A stretch of DNA of 64,000 nt from assembly GCA_026914245.1 (NCBI GenBank), contig CP110439.1:6386001-6450000 (forward strand). Reading direction: 5' to 3'. Under the pieces are notes generated by a model. The model was given only the letters and a program-made list of their open reading frames with translations, did no database searches and was not told the DNA's origin. Of this stretch, positions 1 through 11,860 are shown in pieces. A program made the translations under genes and the position numbers. Positions within the stretch are counted from its first letter, which is position 1. The number at the start of each line of letters is the position of its first letter. The stretch is from Puccinia triticina (lineage: Eukaryota).

Positions 1-585
1 TCATCATCAACCCCGGGCTCTGTCAGGGTGTTCCACAACCTCTTTGCGGCAACACACAACTCACTCAGCACCGGTTACATCACCCATATCCCCTAAGCCA
101 CTTGTTCAACGTAGGCTATCTTTTGATACACCTCCACTATCACTACATAAACCTTCCAATCGTAGATTGGGGGGCTTGTTTTAGTGTCTAATGACCCAGG
201 AAAGGCAGAGGTAACCTGATTCATCCCTTTCCGCACTCAGCAAAAGGTTCTCAGGAACACTTTTGAGCTTCACAACGGGGCCGCTCCTTTCAGCGCCGCG
301 CAGCGGCCACCAAAACAGCTGCGCTTTGCGCTGCGCTGCGCTTTTTAGGCTGCCAGCGGGGGAGCGCTACGCGGCCAGGTCAAAAAGAGGTAGCGCAGCA
401 ATGGTTCCCCTGCGCTACCGCTGAAAGTAGCGGGTTCCTGCTTCTTGCCAGACCCAAAAAGCGGTAGCGCAGCGGGCGGGGCCGCTACTTTCAGCGCAGC
501 GGGCTGGGCCGCTACTTTCAGCGCAGCGCAGCAGCCACCAAAACCGCTGCGCTGCGCTTTTTGAAGTGCAGCGCTTTCACCCTTG

Positions 586-1137
586 GTGATATTTGGGAAC
601 TGATCAGACTGTAGCTGCTACATTTGGGGGCTTTGTGGTTGGTAAAGGTACATAATGAAACTTTGGGGGCTTGTAAACATTTTGGTAACCATATAGTAGA
701 AGTATTCTCACACTGGGATGAGATATAGTGGCAGAAACACCAAGAAACTACCAAAGTAGTGATATTTGGGAACTGATCGCACTGTAGCTGCTACATTTGG
801 GGGTTTTGTTGTCATTAAAGGTACATAATGAATCATTGGGGGCCTGTTAACATTTTGGTAACCATATGGCAGAAGGATTCCCACTCTGGGATGAGATATA
901 GTGGCAGAAACACCAAGAAACTACCAAAGTAGTCATATTCTGGAACTGATCAGACTGTAGCTTCTACATTTGGGGGTTTTGTGGTCATTAAAGGTACATA
1001 ATGAAACTTTGGGGGCCTTTCAACATTTTGGTAACCATATGGCAGAAGGATTCCCACACTGGGATGAGATATAGTGGTACAAACACCAAGAAACTACCAA
1101 AGTAGTGATATTTGGGAACTGATCAGATTGTAGCTGC
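586..1137. repeat. 173-bp tandem repeat, about 3.2 copies
   Basis: Unit GTGATATTTGGGAACTGATC...CACCAAGAAACTACCAAAGTA restarts at 586, 759, 932 and 1105. Confidence 0.92.
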
Positions 1138-2422
1138 TGCATAATGGATGTGACCCCAAACACAATATTTCTGGGTTTTATATGCAGAAGAATTGTCTGA
1201 TGAAAATTTTATGTGGAAATATTCCTCATTAATCTGTGGTTGATAACAAAAGCAGATAAAAAAAGAACCTGACAAAAATATGCTAAACCATGGTAAACTA
1301 ATTTCAAAAAGGCCTTCTATGCATGTAGCACTTCAAGTATGATGTGCAATATCTTCGGGGAGTTCAACCAAACAAATTAACAATGTTTGCAGGATGATAT
1401 CATGAGAGAGGTCAGGTGTCAATGTTTTTCCATTTTTGAAAAAAAAGTAGATTTGGAGACTTCTGATAAGATCAATTTTTGAAGTAAAAAAAAAGAAAAA
1501 AAAAACTTTGAGACCCCTCAGCCACCCTGGATTAATCCTAAAACTTGCAATGTCTTTTTTTCATGAAGAATTGAATGGTGTATGTAGAAATTTATGAATG
1601 TTTTCAGGCAAAAAAAAAAAAAAAGGATTCCTGTGGCTTGAAGCTAACACAGGGGGAAGGAGAGAGATTATAGAAGAGTATTAAGGAGACATGGAACACA
1701 GACAAAGGTATCAAGAGGAATAAAAAAAAATGATCAATATAAATTGATCAATATAAGCTATATTGATCCAAGTTTATTAAATCCACAGAATCATGGAAGG
1801 CAAGATCATGGGTTTTGCCTATGTTCATTAGCAAAAGACATATTACAGGTTGAAAATAATCCCCAAATACCCCGGGGGGCACCTCGGATTGACCCTCCAG
1901 CTTGTGCTGCAGCAACAAGCAAAAGTGGGCCGGTCAAATTGGATTTCAAGGAGGGCCTAATCAATTGATTAGGGCAGCTCCAGGGAGGGGGTAGGACGGA
2001 ACCGGATCCCCTGGGGAGAAACACACCTCCCCCTCCCCTCTTAAATAGACGCCGGGTTGCCACCCAACTCTTGTCAGACGTGTTGCAAACGCCCCCACCC
2101 AAGCCTTGTTGTCAACTACAATGGTCTTGTTGCACGCAACCTATCCAGATCAAACTCGGCCATATTTGGACCCTTCCCCCTCGCCTCGTCTTCCTACATA
2201 TTCCCCTGAATTGCACCCTATTGCGCCCTGACCGGAAACTTTATTTTCATAGGTCGCGAATCGCGATAGTTGCAAAGACATCACAACCCAGCTAGCCCTT
2301 TGCCTCGTTGTCATCTTCAACACTCTCTGCCCATCGACCTCAACATCAGGTAAGACCAGCCCTAATGGTCAACAAGCAGCACTTCCTCAGCAGCACGAGC
2401 ACGTGCACGAGCACGAGCAGCA

Positions 2423-4279
2423 ATGGAACCAACCCAGGAGAAGACTAACAGCAAGAAACGGCTGCAACCAACAACCATTCCGACCCAGCCGACCAGCTCA
2501 TCTCCGAAACGGACGCGGGTCAGCTCACCATCAGATCAGATGCAGTCCGAAGACCGCACCAAGATCCCAAGCCAACAGCCAGTGCTAGTAGCGGACGAAT
2601 TCCAGACAGACGCTGCCCGACAGATCGATGCCAGTAGCGGACTCCTGCCCGAGCAGTCGGGCTCAGGAGAAGAGAAGCCCCAACAACTCACCCTCTCCCA
2701 CCAAGTTCGTCACCAAGTAGCCCTCCCACCCAACTACAACTACATCCCTATCTCAGCCCATCGCCCCCCAAGTAAACCAGCTAGGACATATCCCTTCACA
2801 CTCGACCCTTTCCAACAAGTCTCGACCACTTCAATCCAACGTAACGAGAGCGTACTCGTCTCAGCCCATACTAGCGCTGGGAAGACCGTTGTTGCCGAGT
2901 ATGCTATCGCTCAATGTCTCGAAAACAAACAGAGAGTCATCTACACTTCTCCTATCAAGGTCCGCCATCTTTCTTCCCTCTTAATCATTTTCTCCCATTG
3001 CTTGAAATTCATCTTGTTTTGTAGGCTCTTAGTAATCAAAAGTATCGAGAATTGATGGCCGAGTTTGGGGACGTGGGTTTGATGACCGGGGACGTGACAA
3101 TCAACCCAAGTGCATCATGTCTAGTCATGACAACAGAGGTCAGCACAAAGCGCACCCTCAGACGAACCAAATAAGCTAGAAAAAATGCACCGGTTTATCC
3201 TGATTATTGCGTCCTTCTGTTACTCATCCAAAACAGATTTTACGGTCGATGTTGTATCGTGGCTCAGAAGTAATGAGAGAAGTGGCTTGGGTCATCTTTG
3301 ACGAAATTCATTATATGCGCGATAAGGGTAATCAGCCATCCCTCTTCTCGTTCAACTTGGGCCAAATCATGCCCCAAAGATCACTCTTCTCTCCACCGGC
3401 ATTCAAGAAAGTTAATCTATGTTCGGGGTTTTTTATGTCATATCAGAAAGAGGAGTCGTTTGGGAGGAGACCATCATTCTATTGCCCCACTCGGTTCGAT
3501 ATGTATTTCTATCGGCAACAATACCTAACGCGATGCAGTTTGCCGAATGGATTTGCCATACCCACGATCAACCTTGTCATGTGGTTTACACCAATTTCCG
3601 ACCAACCCCACTACAGCACTATTTATTCCCATCTGGCGGCGACGGAATCCATTTGGTCGTCGACGAGAAGGGCGTATTTCGAGAGGATAACTTCTTAAAA
3701 GCAATGGGATCCTTGAATGATTCGAGAGGCGAAGATCCTGCGAGCTCGATGTCCGGTCGAAACAAGCAGGGCAAGACTAAGAAAGGCGGTAACTCGACCA
3801 AAGGCCCCTCCGATATTTACAAGATCATCAAGATGATCATGGTCAAGAACTATAATCCGGTCATCGTCTTCGCATTTTCGAAGAGAGAGTGTGAGGCACT
3901 AGCAATCCAGATGTCCAAGTTAGAATTCAACTCCGAAGAAGAGAAGGAAACCGTCGACACGGTTTTCAAGAACGCGATCTCCAACTTGTCTGAAGACGAT
4001 CAAGGCTTGCCACAGATCAACCACATCTTGCCACTTTTGAAACGGGGGATTGGAATCCATCACGGTGGTCTACTGCCGATCCTCAAGGAGGTCATCGAGA
4101 TCTTGTTCCAAGAAGGGCTGATTAAAGTCTTATTTGCCACGGAAACCTTCTCGATCGGCTTAAACATGCCCGCCAAGACCGTTGTCTTCACTACCGTCCG
4201 TAAGTTTGATGGGAAAGACTTCAGGAGTTTGAGCTCGGGTGAATACATCCAAATGTCTGGCCGAGCTGGTCGTCGAGGG
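2423..4279 (+). CDS. MTR4: Ski2-like DExH RNA helicase MTR4, 5' half only (exons 2423-2959, 3025-3138, 3237-3327, 3447-4279; 525 codons)
   Basis: YPFTLDPFQ, motif [51 protein letters not shown] and motif [12 protein letters not shown]. Three GT-AG introns restore the frame. Similarity stops at 4279 and no C-terminal half was seen in the window. Confidence 0.9.
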
Positions 4280-4782
4280 TCTCAGTTTTTTCATTCTTTA
4301 TCATTCCTGTCACATGCAATACTGTTCTCTGTAATTTTCTCTCCTTAGTTTGAGAAATAGTAAAGATTCTGAGAAATTTGCGCAAAATTGGAAAATTTTC
4401 ACACTTTTCATATTTTTCAATTTCATTTTTTTTCTGTCATAATCATTCTTGGGAACTTACTTTCCACCCCTGTAGCCAAATCCATGAATTCAGGTCTGTT
4501 GCCTGAGCTTCTGTAATGAAAAATGCAGTGCCAAAAAGATTAGATGACCCACTGTACATGAAATCCTGCTACCAACCAATCAAGTCCACCAAAAACTGAT
4601 TGGGTGTCAAAAGAGTTTACATTATGACCTTATGTCCCTTGCCATATATCAATGACAAACATGCATTAATCATCAACACTTGCATAAAATTAATCAAACA
4701 TTGCCCTTCCTATCACCTTTGTCTGTCCCCCAACTCAAATTTTCCTCCAAAAGAATAGCTTGGTCTTAGTGTTAAAATCCCT

Positions 4783-4810
4783 GCAGCGGCGGAGCCGCCT
4801 TGGCCTCTAG
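4783..4810 (+). mobile_element. Helitron-like 3' terminus
   Basis: GC hairpin GCGGCGGAGCCGC, then CTTGGCCT, then CTAG|T. A near-identical 28-mer lies on the minus strand at 45921-45948. Confidence 0.65.
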
Positions 4811-5387
4811 TCAATATGCAACATCGCAAATTCATCCATCTTGGTAGTGTATGTGTATACTTGCTCACCAAGACAAATCCCCTCTTGGCAGCAGGTATAC
4901 TGACACCAGCTCACCAGGCCCAAGAGGGATCCCTCTTGGCAAGCAGGCACATATCTACAAATATAAAAAACTTGGTGGGTCCCGGCGGTACCCACCAGAA
5001 ATACCCGGGTGCCAACTACGGGTACAGGTATCTGTTTTGGGCCAAAAAAGCAGGTGGTAAACGGGTACCAATTGCCATCTCTACACACCTCTGTTGAGGT
5101 TTTGTCCTCTGTGGAATTTTCTGCCTCCTCTCCCATCTTCTTCTCTGATCCTTTTACCCATGATCAAAATTGTCAAACACTCATTAATCCCCTCAAATAG
5201 TTTTGTCTCTTGGTCTTGGTCATGATATTATCTTACTAATCTTGTAGAATTTGATCCCTGATTAGAATAGTCTGTGTCTTTCCTAGTCTATTGGCTTATA
5301 TTGTTGTGTGTGCGTTCTTTTCTGGTGACAGATGTTTTACCCTGTGAAATTTCTCTCAGAAGTTCTATATTCTTCCTTTTATTTTTT

Positions 5388-6085
5388 CGGATTTACTTTG
5401 CACATGGAGGGAAACTTGTTGCACACGGGAATTTCCGTTGACTCAATGTCACGTGACATTGGGCCCCCTCTGTGTGCGCCACCAGTTCCCCCCAAAAATC
5501 TTTCCGCACACGGGGGTAACAGGTGGCCAGGTTGAGACACACCGGCCATCCGCAGGAAACAATCCCCTTGATGACCAGCACAGACCGGTCATCAAGAGGC
5601 TACATCCCTCTTGATGACAGGTCTATTCCGGTCATCGAGAGGTATGTGTCCTCTCAATGACCGGTCTATTCCGATCCACAAGAGGAATGTAGCCTCTTGA
5701 TGACTGGTCTGTGCTGGTCATTGAGAGGAATGTATCCTCTTGATGACCGTTCTGTACCAATCATCAAGGGGGATGTGTCCTCTTGATGACCAGAATGCGG
5801 GTCATTAAGAGAGATTTATCCTCTTGATGACCGGAATAGACCGGTCATTGAGAGGGATGTAGCCTCTTGATGACCAGTCTGTGTCGGTCATCAAGGGTAT
5901 TGTTTCCTCTGGGTGACCGGAGTTTCTCAACCCGGCCACCTGTTACTGCATGGCACCCCCGTGTGTGGATAGTTTTTTTTTGGGGGGGGCTTATGGCGCG
6001 CATTGAGGGGGGGCCAACATCACGTGACGTTGAGTCAACAGAAATTCCTGTGTGCAAGTTTCTCTCCATGTGCAAAGTAATTCCG
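5388..6085. mobile_element. Foldback non-autonomous DNA transposon (CGG...CCG ends, 8-bp TSD)
   Basis: TIRs CGGATTTACTTTGCACATGGAG / CTCCATGTGCAAAGTAATTCCG with inverted homology continuing inward. TSD TATTTTTT on both sides. Internal palindromic array. Confidence 0.85.
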
Positions 6086-6446
6086 TATTTTTTACATATT
6101 CAATATTTCTTCACCTACAGGTTGATCTCTTGTACTTGGCCTATATAAAATAGCCTAGCATCTAGAAATCAAACTTATAATTGGTTCTTCTCTCATTTCA
6201 CCACACCATCCCTTGAACCAAATGAGCACATCATCCTCCCTGCCTCTTCTTGAGCATTATCATAGAGCTCATCTCAGTGTGTTGTGTGCCCAAGTGTCAG
6301 CCTTAGAGTCAACTCAGCTGACCTAAAGTCTGCCTCTTTCTACTTTTTACATAAGAATTACTTCATATCTTTTCCATCTTAAGAGATAACTTTGTTTTGA
6401 CTTTATTGAGTTGTAGCGCACCTGCGCAGTTGTGACGTGTCAGCGC

Positions 6447-7320
6447 TGTGGTAACCCTGTTCCCACTCATATCACCATTCTCATATCATACATATCCCTC
6501 ACATATCCATCATTATTATTCCAGATTCAGATTCTACACCTCATTTTACCCCTAGTCACTCACTCATACCACCCTGAAATTCCCTTTGGATCAGAAGTTA
6601 TTAGCATATACAGTTTCATTGGTATTTTCCTGCTTCTTACATTTCATCTACATTACATATTCCAGTCATCATCACCATAGCTACATATATTACATCTCAT
6701 AGTGCTCATCATTACTTCACTTCATCATTACATTACATAGTGCTCATCATTACTTCACTTCATCATTACATTTCATCATTGCTCATCTTCAGACCTTGTT
6801 ACATTGTGCTCATCATGATTTCCCCTTTTTGTATTTCCTCACATATATACTCCCCTCTAGATGTTGTATCCCCAGGCATGCACATGCACTTTCTACCCCA
6901 TACACCCTGTATGACCTTTTCACCACACCATTAGATACACCTTCATCAGTACACATTTCACCACACCATTAGATAACATTGCCATTCACACATCTTATAC
7001 ACTTTCACACATACCAGAAATATATCCCCCTGCATATATCATTCACATTTGCACACCACCTTTCATCTTTTTCCCCACTACTCCTCCTCTCCTCCTCATA
7101 CCCTACAGGTACAAGTAGTCCGCTCATAGTATTAGTCAGTCTAAGATCATAGTAGAAAAGCCACACCTTTCTTCTTTTTTCTTAGTGTTACACTCATCCC
7201 CAGCAGTATTAGTCAGGAAGGCAGCTCTTATATCAGCATCCTTGACATAGCTTACATTAGTACTAGTGTAGTTATACATTTCCCTTCCCAGCTCTATTCT
7301 CCCATTTGAGTAGTTCCACA
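6447..7320. mobile_element. Solo LTR (TGTGGTAAC...GTTCCACA) nested in another LTR
   Basis: TG...CA inverted ends and 4-bp TSD GCGC. The empty site GTCAGCGCTACC is present in the 41082 copy. Confidence 0.82.
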
Positions 7321-8013
7321 GCGCTACCAGACGCGCCAAACCACATGTACATATGTAAATTACATAAGCAAACTGTGAAAATTTTTGTAGTCAGGATCCC
7401 CCTTGCCTGAGGAGGATCTACAGACTTGAGCACACCAGAACCACACCCCAGATAACCCCAGGATCACCACCAAAGAGATTACCACGCTCCCAGTATACCT
7501 ACCGTCACAGGCACCTAGGAAATTGACAGTAAGTAATCTCTTTCACTGAACCTTGTTTATATCAGAGGTAAAACTCTGTGTCTGCTTGATCTGCTCTTCT
7601 TTGCTGGCCTTTGCCTTATTCTTTGATCACAGGGCTGTCCCTGCTTAACATCATTCTTTTTCTGTGGTTTTTGCAAGAAACAAACCACATAGGTTTTCCT
7701 TCAAAGAACCTTGACTATCCAGAAGGAAGCCAAAAAATTGTGGCTGGATTAAACTTGTCTAATCCAGAAGCCCTCCACGTTTCTTTGGTGAGAGGAGGCT
7801 GTAGCACCCTCTAGCACAGCTTGGCAGCACTCTTCTGAAGAGGTAGCATTGCCAGTGGACGTGCATTCCCACCAGAATAACCTTGAATATCTGCTTATCT
7901 TGAATCTGCTCAGTTTCTCTCTCCCTTTCTCTCTATCTCTCATATTTGTATTTTCTTTATCCAAAGAAATCCAAATATTCCCCTCTTCTTTCTTGTGTCC
8001 TGCTGTCACTATA

Positions 8014-9200
8014 CACTGCAAGAAAAACTCTAGAAACTGCTTGCAGTTGAGATGCAAGATCTCAAGGCAAGCTGTGCCTCATGCAAGAATCATGCACTGG
8101 TTGATTCAATTTCCATGCACATTGCATAATTTATGCAAGAGTGATTCTAAGGTACAAAAAACTGAGTACAGGATCCAAAATACTGAGTTGGTACCTGTGC
8201 AAATTTCCCTTTCATGTGAAAATTCCCCTTTCATGTGAAAATTCCCCTTTCATGTGAAAATTCCCTTTTCATGTGAAAATTCCCCTTTAATGAGCACATA
8301 CCCCTTTCATGTGCACATACCCCTTTCATGTGCACATACCCCTTTCATGTGCACATACCCCTTTCATGTGCACATACCCCTTTCATGTGCACATATCCCT
8401 TTTGTATGTATTCACCCCTTTCATAATGTGTACATAACCCTTTATGTGCACATACCCCTTTCATGTGCGTGTATCCCTTTCATGTGTAAGTATCCCTTTC
8501 ATGTGCATGTATCCCTTTCATGTGTGTGCATCTCCTTCATGTGTGTGTATCCCTTTCATGTGAATGTCTATTCCCTTTCACAATGTGTACATACCCCTTT
8601 CATCATGCTTTCATGACCCTTTCATGTTTACATTTCCCCTTTGAGTTTTTTACATCCTTTTCAACCCTTTCATCATTCAGGTTTACATACCCCTTTGATG
8701 TTTACATATCCCTTTCATGTGCAAATACCCCTTACTGCACATACCCCTTTCATGCATACATACCCCTTTCACAATTACATACCCCTTTCATGCATTCATA
8801 CCCCTTTCATCATGTGTATGTATCCCTTCTATGTGTTAATACACCTTTTCACATTCCCCTTTCATGTGTACATGTTCCTCTCATATGTACATATCCCTTT
8901 CATGTGTACATACCCTTTTTATGTTATTCTGGCTGGATTCAATGGTACATGGAGTGTTTTCTAAAAGCAAATAAAAGGTTGCTCAGGGGGATGCTCATTT
9001 GCAAGGTTGAACATTTGTCTCAGCCTACTGCATGAGCACTACAGCATGTAATTAAGCATTGAGATGCCGGGCCCAAACAAGGTACACACTGAAGGTGCAC
9101 CAGCATGGAATTTGGGTGCTTGACTCCAGCTTGAGCTGAGGCTTGATTCAAGCTTGCTGCATCTCAACTGCAAGCAGTTTCTAGAGTTTTTCTTGCAGTG
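8014..9200. mobile_element. Non-autonomous CACTA/EnSpm-type element
   Basis: TIR CACTGCAAGAAAAACTCTAGAAACTGCTTGCAGTTGAGATGCA at both ends and 3-bp TSD ATA. Confidence 0.85.
8197..8920. repeat. About 20-bp minisatellite (CCCCTTTCATGTGCACATA-like) inside the CACTA element
   Basis: Many degenerate tandem units; these produce the spurious repetitive ORFs at 8254-9035. Confidence 0.9.
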
Positions 9201-9262
9201 ATAGAGACTCAGGCTCACACCAAGTCCAAATTTCAACATCATCTTTTTGACCTATTGAAATA

Positions 9263-11047
9263 CGGATGTACTCCGCGCACTGCAAAAAACTCGTTGCGCA
9301 CTGCAGGGGGCGTCCACTCAACATCCCAGCCACAGGCTGCGGTAGCTCAAAACGCTTCGCGCACTGCAAATGAAAAAGCTTGAAAATCCCCTTTTTTTTT
9401 CTGCCAGCCGGCAGAGGGGATTTTTCTTGCCCCTCCTCCATTTTCTTGGGGTATTTGGACCCCTCAGCATGATGTAGAAAAAGGATGATAAAGAAATACA
9501 AAAACTAAGCGGAGCGCCTCCCTGGGGTGCACCCCCCGTGGATTTTCAACCTGCCAAAAGTCCATGGATTGGTTACAGCCCCTCAAGAACAGAGTTTGAG
9601 GGGCAGAAGTACATACCCCATAACTTTGCCGTGCCGATGGCCGGCACAGGCCGGAGCGGAGTACAACATGCAAACTCCCCCAATGACTGGCCAGCACCCA
9701 GGGGGAGTGCAAATCACCGGTCATCGAGTGGATTAAGCAGTCCTCTCGATGACTGGAACGGTCCCGGTCATTGAGAGAAGTAAACACACCTCTCCATGAA
9801 CGGGACCGTTCTGGTCATCAAGAGGAGTACACACACCTCTTGATGACCGGAACGGTCCCGGTCATCGAGAGGAGTAAACACACCTCTTGATGGCCATAAC
9901 GGTCCCGGTCATTGAGAAGAGTAAACAAACCTCTCAATGACTGGAACAGTCGCGGTAATCGAGAGGAGAAACTCTTGGTGACCGGAGCAGACCTGGTCAT
10001 CAAAACTTAATCCGCTTGATGAATGGGTCTGCTCCGGTCACCAAGAGGAGAAGCACTCCCTCAATGGCTGGAGAAACGTGTTCAAGGAGAGGGGTGATGA
10101 ACGGTTCCCTCCGGTCATCGAGGGGAGTCTTTACTCCTCTAAATGAATGGTTCCCTCCGGTCATCAAGGGGAATCTTTACTCCTCTAAATGACCGGAACA
10201 GACCCGGCCATCAAGAGGAGGATCACTCTTGATGACCGGGCTCTTTACTTCCCTAGGTCATTGAGAGAAGATTAAAGACTCCTCTTGATGACCGGGTCTG
10301 TTCCAGTCGTTGAGAGGCGGAGTGTTTCCTCCTCTTGATGACCGGAATGGACCTGTTCATCAAGAAGAGGGTTTAATGCTCTGAGTTTTGATAACTGGAA
10401 CGGTTCCGTTCATTGAGAGGATCATTTGGCCCTCTTGATGACCAGAACGTTCCCGGTCATTGAGAGGACCATTTCTCCCTCTTGATGACCGGAACGTTCC
10501 CGGTCATTGAGATGACCATTTAGCCCTCTTGATGACCGGGACCATTCCAGTCATTGAGAGGACTGCTTAATCCACTCAATGACCGGTGATTTGCACTCCC
10601 CCTGGGTGCTGGCCGGTCATTGGGGAAGTTTGCATGTTGTACTCCGCTCCGGGACCAGCCTGTGCCGGCCATTGGCACGGCGAAGTCATGGGGTATGTAC
10701 TTCTGCCCCTCAAACTCTGTTCTTGAGGGGCTGTGTACCTGATCCATGGACTTTTGGCAGGTTGAAAATCCACGGGGGGTGCGCCCCGGGGAGGCGCTCT
10801 GCCTAGTTTTTGTATTTCTTTATCATCCTTTTTCTACATCATGCTGAGGGGTCCAAATACCCCAAGAAAATGGAGGAGGGGCAAGAAAAATCCCCTCTGC
10901 CAGCTGGCAGAAAAAAAAGGGGATTTTCAAGCTTTTTCATTTGCAGTGCGCGAAGCGTTTTGAGCTACCGCGCACTGTGGCCGGGACGTCAAGTGGACGC
11001 CCCCTGCAGTGCGCAACGAGTTTTTTGCAGTGCACAAAGTTCATCCG
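9263..11047. mobile_element. 1.8-kb foldback element with about 500-bp TIRs (MULE-like)
   Basis: Ends CGGATG...CATCCG and 8-bp TSD TTGAAATA. The mirror-image ORFs at 9181-9501 and 10810-11067 reflect the TIRs. Confidence 0.88.
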
Positions 11048-11765
11048 TTGAAATATGCCACTACTGACAGCCTTTCCCCCAATGTGGTTTGACTACAGCC
11101 TCAAGTTGAATATTCAGGGGTTTTGCCCACAGCCTGAATAAACATCACATCATACATCTTGAGATATTCTTTGGGTTGCTGTTGAAGAGTCTAAATATAT
11201 CAGATGGTCAAAGAACACTTTGTCTGCCAGGGGACAACAAGTCCAACAACCAGTGTAGTTGTTATTCCTGTGTTTGCAGGTGAAAAATTCAAACTTTTTT
11301 GTGTCCTCTCTAAATGCCTCAAGATACAGACAAATAGACGTCAGAAATGGAATCCACAGCCAAAATAACCCGTAGTCACCCACTGAAACCACCCTCATAT
11401 ATTATCTCTACTGGATCAGAAGATACACAAATAACAACTTTCACACACCAGTCTAGGAAAGTTCACATAGGAGTTCACACACGGTTTCACACACAACTCA
11501 GCTCTAGGATACTTTGCATTGGATATCAAATATTTCATATTGAATTACTTTGTTTCTTTTATTTTCTTCCTTTTATGATACTCAACCACAAGTTGGCTGC
11601 TGTTTTCACATTGCATATATATGACACTCATGTAACCCCCTAGAAGTTAGACCCCCTCTTAGTTTACTATATAAGGAGGCCTCTACCTGCCAGTTGTTTC
11701 CTGCCTCATGCCATCTGGCTCCCATCATCTATCTACACGGCGGGGGTACTTCCTGCCACGCCCGT

Positions 11766-11860
11766 CCGTGGAACCGACGTTAGGAGGGTAATCCGTGGAA
11801 CCAACAATAGGAGGGTAATCTGTGGAACCAACGATAGGAGGGTAATCCGTGGAACCAACA
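11766..11860. repeat. 27-bp tandem repeat, about 3.5 copies
   Basis: Units CCGTGGAACCAACAATAGGAGGGTAAT. Confidence 0.8.

Larger units (their letters stand above)
6295..9219. mobile_element. Solo LTR (TGTCAGCC...GGCTCACA) carrying two later insertions
   Basis: 5-bp TSD CCAAG. After removing the inserts it aligns with the sibling copy at 41082-42014 apart from an internal indel. Confidence 0.88.

Noticed and set aside
273..585. GC-rich CAAC-starting repeat resembling the 7-bp-TSD MITEs
   Set aside because: The right end is degenerate and has no TSD, so it was not counted in the family.
1495..4290. Short inverted match TGAGACCCCTC (about 1509) with GAGGGTCTCA (about 4275) bracketing MTR4
   Set aside because: Only about 10-20 bp, partly poly-A, with no extended homology or TSD; chance is likely.
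8254..9035. Cys/His-rich ORFs (YPFHVHIPLSC repeats)
   Set aside because: They are translations of the ~20-bp minisatellite in several frames.
9181..11067. Apparently duplicated small proteins (MYFFIILFLHHAEGSK...) on opposite strands
   Set aside because: They are mirror images produced by the long TIRs, with non-ATG starts.
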